A stretch of 64,000 nt of DNA from Nitrospiraceae bacterium (lineage in GTDB: Bacteria > Nitrospirota > Nitrospiria > Nitrospirales > Nitrospiraceae): contig JBFWWG010000007.1 of assembly GCA_050246315.1 (NCBI GenBank), positions 154,885 to 218,884 of the forward strand, written 5' to 3'. Under the pieces are notes generated by a model. It did not search any database. It was given only the letters and a program-made list of their open reading frames with translations, and was not told the origin of the DNA. Within the stretch, counting starts at the first letter, position 1. Each line of letters opens with the position of its first letter. The translations under genes and the position numbers were made by a program. Shown here piece after piece: positions 1 to 10,743 of this stretch.

Positions 1-225
1 AAGAGCGTGAGGATGCCAAAGAGACATGTCGGGATTGTCCAACCGGCCACCCAGGCCCCGCCCGTCAGGACCGCCGCTCCGGCCACAAACGGCATCCCCT
101 CCCGGACGATTGGTATTCCGACCGCGCGATCAGCCATACTGCGCCTGCTAGTCCGTTAAATGCCCTTATTGGACTCTCGAAACCACAGAACCCTACCCTA
201 TCGCAGATGGAATCGAAATAGGCCT

Positions 226-410
226 CAGGACGTTCAAAAAGGCCGACATTCTCACCCCCCCAACCCCGGTGCGCCGGGACGCACCTTCTCTGGGGCAAAG
301 CCACAGTGACTGAAGGGGCGAGGCGTACTCTGTCCTGTACGCTGAGCCCCTAAGCGACACGATAACCCGCCAGGCGGGTACCCCGGCTGGCGGACATTTT
401 GAACATCCTG

Positions 411-413
<3 letters not shown>
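226..413. repeat. MITE-like dispersed element with terminal inverted repeats, abutting the ilvC stop
   Basis: CAGGACGTTCAAAAAGGCCG (226-245) vs reverse complement of 391-410 CAGGATGTTCAAAATGTCCG (17/20); related copies at ~17322, ~37402 and ~50321. Confidence 0.7.
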
Positions 414-2029
<1,616 letters not shown>

Positions 2030-2036
2030 ATTCTAT

Positions 2037-2120
2037 AGTGCTGAGTGCTAAGTGCTCAGTCCCGACTCCTGAGTCTGAGGATCGTTGCGCCTCAGCACCG
2101 AGCACTCATCGCTCAGCACT
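2037..2120. repeat. Heptamer tandem repeats (AGTGCTN) arranged as an inverted pair
   Basis: AGTGCTG-AGTGCTA-AGTGCTC on the left; TCAGCAC-CGAGCAC-TCATCGC-TCAGCACT on the right. Confidence 0.7.
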
Positions 2121-2124
2121 TCCT

Positions 2125-3900
2125 TTACGCGGTCAGCACCGTATCCTTGTCTTCCGGCAGAGCCTTCCCCGCCGCTTCCTGCTTCTGCTTGAGCTCGGGC
2201 GAATCGCTCAAGAGCATTTCGTGGTTGCATCCGCCCGCGGGAATCATCGGGTAACAATTCTCGAACGGATAGGTCGGCACGTCCAGGATCACCGGCTTAT
2301 CAATGTCGATCGCCTCGCGGATCGCCCCGTCCAACTCGGAGACCTTCGCGGCCCGAAGCCCCACGGCCCCATAGGCTTCAGCCAACTTCACGAAGTCCGG
2401 CGAAGTGCCGAGATCACTACAGGCATACCGCCCTTCGTAGAAGAGGTCCTGCCACTGCCGGACCATCCCATGAAATCCATTGTTGATGACGACGATCTTG
2501 ACCGGCAGCTTATGCGCTACCGCCGTGGCCAACTCTTGGGTATTCATCTGGACACTGCCGTCTCCGGCCACGCAGAGCACCAGCCGGTCTCGAAAGGCCG
2601 CTTGCGCGCCCATCGCCGCCGGGAATCCGAAACCCATCGTACCCAAGCCACCGGAGGTCAGCCACCGATTGGGGTTCGCCAACTTGAAGTATTGGGCGGT
2701 CCACATCTGATGTTGCCCTACGTCCGTCGAGACGATCGGATCTCGATCCTTGGTCAGCTCATAGAGCCGCTTGATCACATGCTGCGGCTTGATCTTCCCG
2801 TTTTGGTCCTGCTCATAGGTCAAGGGATGCGCCTGCTGCCATTCCTTGATCTGATCCCACCAGGGCTTGCGCAGGTCCTTTTGCTCGCCGTTGACCGTCG
2901 CCCGAAGGATCTGATTGAGTTCCTGCAGCACGCGCTTACAGTCGCCCACGATCGGAATATCGACGTGAATGTTCTTGCGAATCGAGGTCGGATCGATATC
3001 GATATGAATGATCTTGGCGAAGGGACAGAATTCCGACACCTTGCCCGTGACCCGATCGTCAAACCGAGCGCCCACGGCGATGACGAGATCGGAATAGTGC
3101 ATGGCCATGTTGGCCCAGTAGGTGCCATGCATGCCCAACATGCCCATCGAAAGAGGATGCTCTCCCGGAAACACGCCGAGCCCCATCAAGGTCATATCGA
3201 CCGGAATCTGCGTCAGCTCCGCCAGTTCGAGCAACTCTTTGGAGGCTCCCGAATAGGTTGCGCCGCCGCCGACGTACAGAACCGGCTTTTTGGCCTTCAT
3301 GATAGCGTCGGCTGCCTGCTTGATCTGCCACTTGTTGCCGTCATAGGTCGGGTTATAACCGCGGATCGCCACGGACGACGGGTAGTGGAATTCGGCCTTG
3401 TTCATGGACACGTCTTTGGGAATGTCCACGAGCACAGGGCCTGGCCTACCGGTCGTGGCAATATAAAACGCTTCCTTAATCGTCACGGCCAAATCGTTCA
3501 CGTCCTTCACGAGAAAATTGTACTTGGTACAGGGCCGGCTGAGCCCCACATTGTCGGCTTCTTGGAAGGCATCGTTACCGATCAAACTGGTCGGCACCTG
3601 CCCACTGAAACAAACCAAGGGCACCGAATCCATGTAGGCATCCGCCAGGGCCGTGATCACGTTCGTCATGCCTGGCCCGGATGTCACGAGCGCCACGCCT
3701 GCCCGCCCGGTCGCCTTGGCATAGCCCTCGGCCATGTGTCCAGCTCCCTGCTCGTGCCGAGTCAAGATGACCTCAACGTCCTTCTGCTGGTGCAGCATGT
3801 CGAAAATCTTCAGTACGACGCCGCCGGGAAGGGCAAAGATGGTCTTCACCCCCTCGCGCTTGAGTGATTCGATGAAAATCTCCGCTCCTGTGAGCTTCAT
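2125..3900 (-). CDS. ilvB: Acetolactate synthase large subunit, biosynthetic
   Basis: RHEQGAGHMAEGYA, TSGPG, DVGQHQMW, GDGS TPP-binding motif. Confidence 0.97.
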   Translation of the reverse strand: MKLTGAEIFIESLKREGVKTIFALPGGVVLKIFDMLHQQKDVEVILTRHEQGAGHMAEGYAKATGRAGVALVTSGPGMTNVITALADAYMDSVPLVCFSGQVPTSLIGNDAFQEADNVGLSRPCTKYNFLVKDVNDLAVTIKEAFYIATTGRPGPVLVDIPKDVSMNKAEFHYPSSVAIRGYNPTYDGNKWQIKQAADAIMKAKKPVLYVGGGATYSGASKELLELAELTQIPVDMTLMGLGVFPGEHPLSMGMLGMHGTYWANMAMHYSDLVIAVGARFDDRVTGKVSEFCPFAKIIHIDIDPTSIRKNIHVDIPIVGDCKRVLQELNQILRATVNGEQKDLRKPWWDQIKEWQQAHPLTYEQDQNGKIKPQHVIKRLYELTKDRDPIVSTDVGQHQMWTAQYFKLANPNRWLTSGGLGTMGFGFPAAMGAQAAFRDRLVLCVAGDGSVQMNTQELATAVAHKLPVKIVVINNGFHGMVRQWQDLFYEGRYACSDLGTSPDFVKLAEAYGAVGLRAAKVSELDGAIREAIDIDKPVILDVPTYPFENCYPMIPAGGCNHEMLLSDSPELKQKQEAAGKALPEDKDTVLTA

Positions 3901-4012
3901 GTATAAATCCTCCCCCTCAAGTGAAACAGCCGGGATAGAGCTTCACGGCTCTCCCACAAGTGAGTGACAGACTGTCGAATTCTTATTGGAAAATAGGAGT
4001 TTAAGGGGTGGG

Positions 4013-4042
4013 ATCTTATCACTCGTTCAGGACCCTGGTCAA
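4013..4042 (-). promoter_or_regulatory. Putative sigma70 promoter of ilvBNC
   Basis: TTGACC-N18-TAAGAT with TG extension on the minus strand. Confidence 0.45.
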
Positions 4043-4116
4043 TACCAGGACCTTCGCCCTCCCCTGAGCCGACTTCCTTCCTCCCGGTACAGCGTCATGG
4101 TACAGTGCATTCCGCC

Positions 4117-4440
4117 ATGGCCTCCGAAAAGAAAGAACTGCTGATCTTCAGCCGCACGGGATGTCACCTCTGCGACGTGGTGGAAAAGATGGCTCGTCGT
4201 TTACAGAATGACCTTCACCTGGAGATCTCCAAGCGCAATGTCGAGGAAGATGCCGCCCTCCTTCGGCGCTATGGCGACCGGATTCCGGTGGTGGTGCTGG
4301 ATCGGGTTGAAGTTTGTAGTGGACCGATCACTCAACCGGCGCTGCGAGCAGCCATCGCGCAGGCCGGGAAGAAGGCGCGTTGGAGAAAGCCTATAAGCCG
4401 GATTCTGTCCCGCCTGAGTGAAGCACTCAGCCGGGGATGA
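4117..4440 (+). CDS. Glutaredoxin-like (DUF836-type) protein
   Basis: FSRTGCHLCD CxxC motif and YGDRIPVV cis-Pro motif; C-terminus runs antisense into rnpB. Confidence 0.8.
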   Translation: MASEKKELLIFSRTGCHLCDVVEKMARRLQNDLHLEISKRNVEEDAALLRRYGDRIPVVVLDRVEVCSGPITQPALRAAIAQAGKKARWRKPISRILSRLSEALSRG

Positions 4441-4786
4441 TCATTTCTCTGGGATGCGGGTTGCCCCGCACCTCAAGCGACCTACCCGAGGACCTCGGCC
4501 GGGCCAGCCTTGCGGCACTCAAGGTGCCTCGTCCCCCTATTTGGCCTTGCTCCGGGCGACGCTTACCGTGCCGTTGATGTCGCCACCAACGCGGTGAGCT
4601 CTTACCTCACCGTTTCACCCTTACCTGATCTGTACGAACGATCGCACAGCCATCGGCGGTTTGATTTCTGTGGCGCCGGTGTCGGATCGCTCCGCCTGGG
4701 TGTTACCCAGCGCCCTGCCCCTGGAGTCCGGACTTTCCTCCGGTGAGCTTGCGCTCCCCAGCGATCACCCGGCTTTCTTCAACGCG
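4376..4786 (-). ncRNA. rnpB: RNase P RNA (bacterial type A)
   Basis: Minus strand has GAGGAAAGTCCGGACTCC near the 5' end and CAGAATCCGGCTTATAGGC near the 3' end; P1 pairing CGCGTTGAAGAAAGCC/GGCTTTCTCCAACGCG. Confidence 0.95.
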
Positions 4787-4792
4787 TGGCAT

Positions 4793-4822
4793 AGTATACG
4801 AGTGATGAAGGAGACGCTGCAA
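4793..4822 (-). promoter_or_regulatory. Putative sigma70 promoter of rnpB
   Basis: TTGCAG-N18-TATACT ending ~7 nt before the rnpB 5' end. Confidence 0.55.
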
Positions 4823-4853
4823 ACAACGGCGGCCCGAGACCGCCGGCGTCTAT

Positions 4854-7800
4854 TTAGAATCGCGGCAACTTGAAAAATGACGCTTCGGCCTTATTCTGGA
4901 TCTCGTTCAGCTCCTCCTCTGGAAGCCTCGCCAAGACCGGTGCCAGTCGTTTGAGTTCTTCGACCGTCATGGTGCAGGCCTCACATCGCCCCATATAGAC
5001 CGTACCATCATCGCTGGCCGAGAGGATCCATTTGCCGTCGGGACTGAACTCCACGGAGTTTACCCCTTCACTGTGCCGACGCAACACAGCAAGCTGTTTG
5101 GTTGTCGTCGCATCCCAGACACGAAGCGTGTTATCCACACCACCCGTCACTACCCAGTTGCCATCCCTACTGAATGAGGCGGCGGCCAACCCGGCGCTAT
5201 GGCCTCCACCAAGTACCTTCGACGGACCAGCCCGTTCCAATGGCCAAATCCTTGCCGTCTTATCGGCGCTCGCTGTCAACAACCATTTACTGTCAGGGCT
5301 GAACTCGAGAGATTTGATCTGGCCGTTATGCCCCTGAAGGTCCCTTATGCGAACACGCAGGTTGGTCCTTTCAAAGAGCTCCACGTTTTTGTTTTTTTCA
5401 TTGAGCGCGGCGATCCACTTTCCATCCGGGCTGATCGCAGCCAGCCAGCGTCCAGATTCCTCCTCAGACGCAAGCCGGGGTTGAAGAGGACCCTCGACCC
5501 TCAAGGTTTTCGTCTCCCAGATAGAAATCTGTCCGCTTCGGCTGACGGTGACGAGCTCGTCACTTCCTGAACTGAACGCCGCCGTCAGCATGGAGGTGAG
5601 CCACCCTGGAGTGATCGTTCGATTCGATGTGACGTCCCACAGAATGGGTTTCGTCCTCGGATCGAGGCCCCCGTCAGCCCCGACACCAAGAAGATATTTT
5701 CCATCTCTGCTCCACGACAAAGACCACAATTGGTCCCTATCGACACCATGCAGCTCCCGTGATTCGGCCGCTTTTTCATCGCCGACATTCGTCAATCCAA
5801 CCATGACGGCTCTCCCCTGTTCCTCACCAACGGCCACGCGCGTTCCATGGGGATCGAATCTAGCGTGAAGCGCCCATCGCTCTGAAGCCTCAAGCAGGCT
5901 GGGCGCACGGAAATGCCAAATACGCACCATCCCATCCGCTCCAGCGCTCACGACATGCCGTCCGTCCGGACTGAATACGGCATGAGTGACTGCGTCTTGA
6001 TGCCCGCGCAACACGGCAATCGAGGTCCCAGATCTGGTCGACCAGATCCGTGCCGTATTGTCGTTACTCGCCGTCACGAGCCATTTTCCGTCAGTCGAGG
6101 CATTGGCATCGTTTACCCAATCATCATGTGCCCGCCGCTGTTTCGGATTCATGGTGGCATCTACCCATAGTTGGGTAACCTTTCCCGAGACCGTAATCAG
6201 CGGGCGGCTCTCGCCTGAATCGGGAGCAAACTTGGCAGCAATGACAGGATGCTTGTGCTTGAGAGGCCACCTGTTCGGCACAGGCTTCGCGAGTTGTCGG
6301 CGCTCTAAATCCAACTGCCACACAATGGCCTGGCTATCGTCCCCTGCCGTCACCAATAAGCCCGCATCTGCCCGATGAAATTCGATATCACGGATGGAGT
6401 AGTATCGTTCATGCGTAATTGGCGAATCGTTTCCCTTTGGGCTTTCTCTGGCAATCCAAACACCGGGATGACCCAGCTTCCAGATATTCACGGTCCCGAT
6501 GGCATCACCGCTCGCCAAGTACGTACTATCGTGTGAGAATGCCAGCGCGGTCACCGTCACAGGTTTCGTCACTTTGTGCGTGTAGGCATCCGGTTTCGAG
6601 GACGGGTCGCTTAGGTCCCACACCAAGACTTCTCCGTCGTAGCAGCCGATGGCGACGTACTTATCATCCGGACTGACCCCAATCGTATAGACTCGGTTGT
6701 GTTCGCCCTCGCAAGTCATCAGACGGACGGATGGATCGTCGATCCGCTGGACTTGTGCTTGACCATCTTCCGTCTGTGTGACGAGAGTCCTATTCTTCTC
6801 GATCAACCAGGCGCGCTGGATTGCTTCCTTTCTTTGGATAGGCACCCGTCGTGGGCTATAGGTACTGGAATCGTAAACTGCGAGGTTTTTCCCGCTCGCG
6901 ATCAGCAGAAGGGTTCCATCAGAACTGTAGCGCACATCCGCAATCGGCTCCCCAATCTGGAGAATTCTTTCCGTGTGGGCGGTTTCAAGCATCGCGACTG
7001 ACTGCCGTAGCGCATTCACGCCAAGCTCATTGCTGGGATCAACCGCCAACGCCGCCATGGCAAGATGAGCACTCCGGGCTGGATCCTGATCAATTGCCTG
7101 AATGGCTTCGGATGCGAGGGCACGCGATTGCGCCATACTGGTTCGACTGTTCGAGAAGACTATCCACGCAATTCCCGCTACTCCCACGATTCCAATCAGG
7201 AGACCGAATATTCCCAACTGTCGACGAACTCGGCGCGCTCTGTGCCGTTCCTCACCCGCCTTGCTGATGACCGGCACGAGTCGATCATGGATCAGTTCGA
7301 TCCGGGCCGTATCGGAATGTTGCACCACCCGGAGGAGTCGATGGGTATCTGTCAGAACCTTGATCTGACGCTCAGTCAGAAGCCCGTTTTGCAAGGCTCC
7401 CTCCACTGGATAGTCGCCTCGAAAACGATCGCCTTGGATCAGATTGTCCTCGATAAAGGTCGCCACATCCGGCGGGCCATTGATCGCGGGATCATTCAAC
7501 GCCGTTTGATAAAACGTCTCCAGGATGTCCTGTCCGACCGTTTCCACCAACTCACGATCGATTTTAGAATCCGGAGCACGGCGACGGTTGAGTTCGGAGC
7601 AACACAGGCTCAGCAGCACGGGCTCGATGGTCAGGTTCTCCGTGCCGCGAGCACAGAAGTCGTCATCCTGCCTCCCGACCAAGTCCACGATGCGCGCGGC
7701 CACTCCCGCTTCCAACACTACCGCCCCAGCACGTTCCACAGCCTGTATCGCCGTGCCAGGCGTCATGGCCTGGAGGTGAAGACAGTGGCGGAGAAGGGAC

Positions 7801-8513
7801 GGCACCTGATGCTCCCAATCCTTCATCTGCGGCAGAAAATCCTCTCGGAAGGACAGGATGACCCGATAGCGATGCGACATGAGATCGAGCAAGCCGCGCT
7901 TGGTGCCGTCCGACTCGTCGAGCGACTTCGGGATGGTGTTTGCCACCAGGTCCGCAAGATCTTGGAAGGTCTCCTGTGTGCGACCCGGACCGCCGGCCCC
8001 CTTCGAGAACAATTCCTCGAATTGATCGAACACGAAGACAGGGCTCATGAGGAAATTGTCTGCTCCCCAAAACTCCAAATCACGTCGATGGAGGTATTCC
8101 CAGAGTGTTTCATCCATGGGCATTGGCGGAAACTCTGCTCCCGCCCTTTCCAGCTCGGCTTGCAGAATCGCCTTGACCTGGTTGAGCACCGGCTCCGCTC
8201 CCGTGCTCAACAACGTCAATCGGACGTAGATGGGCAAGAAGCGTTCACTGCGAGGCAAGACAAGTTCCCTCCGTAGCAGGGGAAACAATCCGGCCTTGAG
8301 CAGTGAGGTCTTTCCCAGCCCGGATTTGCCATAGAGAACCGTCAGCGGTGATTGACACACCAACCGCAGAAGCGTGGCGGATTCCTCCTGGCGTCCACAA
8401 AAGTATTCTTGAGATGTTTCGTCGTAGGCTGCCAAGCCAGGCCACGGCTGTTGCGGATTCAGCATCGAGGCAGCCGGTAAGGTCTCGATGGGAGGGCTGC
8501 ATTGAACGCTCAC
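4854..8513 (-). CDS. STAND-class (nSTAND1-like) NTPase with transmembrane helix and C-terminal WD40 repeats
   Basis: PWPGLAAY pre-NTPase motif, Walker A GKSGLGKTS, Walker B FVFDQFEELF, ELIHDRL; TM LGIFGLLIGIVGVAGIAWIVF; many GH...FSPDG...W repeats; GTG 8513 overlaps the upstream TGA, with AAGGAGG RBS. Confidence 0.9.
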   Translation of the reverse strand: MSVQCSPPIETLPAASMLNPQQPWPGLAAYDETSQEYFCGRQEESATLLRLVCQSPLTVLYGKSGLGKTSLLKAGLFPLLRRELVLPRSERFLPIYVRLTLLSTGAEPVLNQVKAILQAELERAGAEFPPMPMDETLWEYLHRRDLEFWGADNFLMSPVFVFDQFEELFSKGAGGPGRTQETFQDLADLVANTIPKSLDESDGTKRGLLDLMSHRYRVILSFREDFLPQMKDWEHQVPSLLRHCLHLQAMTPGTAIQAVERAGAVVLEAGVAARIVDLVGRQDDDFCARGTENLTIEPVLLSLCCSELNRRRAPDSKIDRELVETVGQDILETFYQTALNDPAINGPPDVATFIEDNLIQGDRFRGDYPVEGALQNGLLTERQIKVLTDTHRLLRVVQHSDTARIELIHDRLVPVISKAGEERHRARRVRRQLGIFGLLIGIVGVAGIAWIVFSNSRTSMAQSRALASEAIQAIDQDPARSAHLAMAALAVDPSNELGVNALRQSVAMLETAHTERILQIGEPIADVRYSSDGTLLLIASGKNLAVYDSSTYSPRRVPIQRKEAIQRAWLIEKNRTLVTQTEDGQAQVQRIDDPSVRLMTCEGEHNRVYTIGVSPDDKYVAIGCYDGEVLVWDLSDPSSKPDAYTHKVTKPVTVTALAFSHDSTYLASGDAIGTVNIWKLGHPGVWIARESPKGNDSPITHERYYSIRDIEFHRADAGLLVTAGDDSQAIVWQLDLERRQLAKPVPNRWPLKHKHPVIAAKFAPDSGESRPLITVSGKVTQLWVDATMNPKQRRAHDDWVNDANASTDGKWLVTASNDNTARIWSTRSGTSIAVLRGHQDAVTHAVFSPDGRHVVSAGADGMVRIWHFRAPSLLEASERWALHARFDPHGTRVAVGEEQGRAVMVGLTNVGDEKAAESRELHGVDRDQLWSLSWSRDGKYLLGVGADGGLDPRTKPILWDVTSNRTITPGWLTSMLTAAFSSGSDELVTVSRSGQISIWETKTLRVEGPLQPRLASEEESGRWLAAISPDGKWIAALNEKNKNVELFERTNLRVRIRDLQGHNGQIKSLEFSPDSKWLLTASADKTARIWPLERAGPSKVLGGGHSAGLAAASFSRDGNWVVTGGVDNTLRVWDATTTKQLAVLRRHSEGVNSVEFSPDGKWILSASDDGTVYMGRCEACTMTVEELKRLAPVLARLPEEELNEIQNKAEASFFKLPRF

Positions 8514-9910
8514 AGCATCGCCTCCTTCCGACGAGCCGCTCGGATGAGTATCTGCAACCGTGCGATCGTACGAGCATCGGGTTGGCCGTCCGGAGCGTGC
8601 CCGAAATCCAGGCGTTCCTTCCACACACGGACGGGCCAGTCAGGCGCCTGGCTGACACAGTAGCGCTCAGGGCTGTACTCCTGATCCACAATCATCGGCA
8701 CAACGAATTCTCGGTTCATATCCTTGAACCGCTCGTTCGCCCTACGCCATTCCCTGAATACAAACGCCTCCTCTCGGTTTCCTGCGGAGGATGAGAGCAA
8801 TGGCATGAAATAGCGACAACCTTGGATTCCATCCAAGATACGTTGCTGGTAGTCTTGCGCCGGCTCGATGCTATCTCGGTCGAACCACACCTCTTCCTTC
8901 GACACGCCCAACTTCTGCAACGCGTTGACGACCGCTTCTGCTCGCGGCAGATCGGTTCGACGAGAGTAGCTGACGAAGAACATGGTACGTGGCGGAGGAC
9001 CATTCCTCTCGGATGCTCCAGAAGCCGCGGGTGACGCCCCGTGTTCCGCTCTCCACCGCTGGTTCAATTCCTCCACAAAGGCGCCCGGCTCCATTTGAGA
9101 TAGCACCTCGGTATCTCGGCTATAGCTCGCCAAGAACAGCGTCAGGCTCTCTCCGGGCTGCAACTGCTCGATCAGCCACTCCCGCTTGCTCCGCTCCCGC
9201 GACAGACGGTCTTTGTTGGTAATGCGGAGGAAGAAGCGACTCAGCCAATCCGGGAAGCGACAGCCAACAAACAGAAGATTGCGAGCCTGGAGTTCACCCA
9301 AGAAGGCCATAGGCACATTGCTGCCGCGGGCGATCATATTGTGGGCGTACTCGAGAACATCCTCTTCATGAATCGCGAACACAGGCAGACGTTGGCATTT
9401 TCCGAAGAGGTAGAGGAGGTAGGTCTCGCCTACACGCGTCTGCCAATCAGAGGGAAGGTCATTCACCCCGCTACGCACTCCAAGATTGGGGGAATGGATA
9501 ATCTCCTGAACAGAACAACGCTTTCTTAAACAGCGGGCCAGCATGCCGTCGGGCGTGGCGGTCACCAGTAAGCGAAAACTGGAAATTTCAGCGAGTTGTT
9601 GAATGGGCTTGGGGATCGATGCCTCGTCTCGAGTCAGCTCATCGACGACCTCATTGACCATTTCGTATAGCTCCTGTAGCCGGATCTGTGGGTCCCGAAT
9701 GAGGTGATTCACCAAACCACTGAGCCCCAGCCCTGCACGGCAGAGCGCCGCGCCATTTTCGACCCCACATCTGCTGCCTACCATCTCAGCAAACCTGGCC
9801 TGCAAGTCGCCTCCCGTAATCGGGTCAATCAGCAACTGCGATCCGAGGACTGGAACGACCACACCGTCATTGATTTGACCGAGCAATCGTTTCCACTTTA
9901 GGTCATCCAT
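8510..9910 (-). CDS. SIR2-like (degenerate) N-terminal domain + C-terminal TIR domain protein
   Basis: TIR: FFVSYSR...VWFDRDSI...FMPLLS...FVFREW; N-terminus VVPVLG / LLVTATPD / LYLFGK / LLFVGCRFPDW aligns by eye with SIR2_2 motifs. Confidence 0.8.
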   Translation of the reverse strand: MDDLKWKRLLGQINDGVVVPVLGSQLLIDPITGGDLQARFAEMVGSRCGVENGAALCRAGLGLSGLVNHLIRDPQIRLQELYEMVNEVVDELTRDEASIPKPIQQLAEISSFRLLVTATPDGMLARCLRKRCSVQEIIHSPNLGVRSGVNDLPSDWQTRVGETYLLYLFGKCQRLPVFAIHEEDVLEYAHNMIARGSNVPMAFLGELQARNLLFVGCRFPDWLSRFFLRITNKDRLSRERSKREWLIEQLQPGESLTLFLASYSRDTEVLSQMEPGAFVEELNQRWRAEHGASPAASGASERNGPPPRTMFFVSYSRRTDLPRAEAVVNALQKLGVSKEEVWFDRDSIEPAQDYQQRILDGIQGCRYFMPLLSSSAGNREEAFVFREWRRANERFKDMNREFVVPMIVDQEYSPERYCVSQAPDWPVRVWKERLDFGHAPDGQPDARTIARLQILIRAARRKEAML

Positions 9911-10743
9911 GGCACGCCCCTTCAACTCAGTCCAGCCCTCAGTGGCCCGTCATCCTTCCAGTATTGAACCTGACGTTTACCGCGTCGCCGATCTTCTCGA
10001 ACCGAAGACTGGCGGTACCCAGAGGTTCTGCGCCAGCCCCGGACAAGAGGGTGCATCGCGACTGCTGATCATGTCTTCTCGAGCATTCTCCAACTCACTT
10101 CCACCTTCTGTCTCAATAGCTGTCGATGAGATAGCCTTCTTTAAGCTGAGCGACGGTAGCTCTATCTGCCGATGAGCTTGCCTCTCTCTCCTCCCGTCAG
10201 GGTTGCCACCAGTCTTGGAAAGGTAACGTAAGGTTGGCACGGACTCACGATGGAGATACGGAGCCCGGAGCCACATGCCGTCGAGAATCATCTCCGTCAT
10301 ACAAGCACCTGATGGGGACAGGAATCGGTCAAATGGCGTTTGATCTTCCATGAATAAAATGACGGCCTACGAGCAGATGAAGTACGCAGCGGGACTCGGA
10401 TGCGGTCACAGGAACAGTGAGCCAAAGAGGCAAAGGGCTTGCCGCTCACTTCCAACGGGAGGACCCTACGCTTTTCGCGGAGATGGCACAATCCTCCCGG
10501 CGCGGGAGAGTGGTGATGTATCTGATTAGATACGTTCTTGATCGGAAACGATACAGAGGCCGGTGCACTGCGGGAAATGACTCTCGGGATCAATCGGGGA
10601 CAATGCGTGAAGGCGTACAGCTTACGTGACCCTCTTACCGTGGCGTAGGTAAAAGCTCAGGTCGAACGGTCGCGAACCGCCGGGATCGAGCCATTGAGCA
10701 GCTCGATGGTTGGGTGGACTGAAGGTGATCTTGCGGAAAAGAA

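Noticed and set aside
2038..3867. 609-aa plus-strand ORF, and similar long ORFs at 7065, 22940, 28248, 43783 and 53074
   Set aside because: Antisense shadows of well-supported genes in GC-rich DNA; no motifs
8514..8624. ORF-track N-terminal extension of the STAND protein
   Set aside because: Overlaps the TIR gene; GTG 8513 with RBS and stop/start overlap fits better
9977..10351. 124-aa ORF upstream of the TIR gene as a third system component
   Set aside because: No recognisable motif or RBS; not supportable
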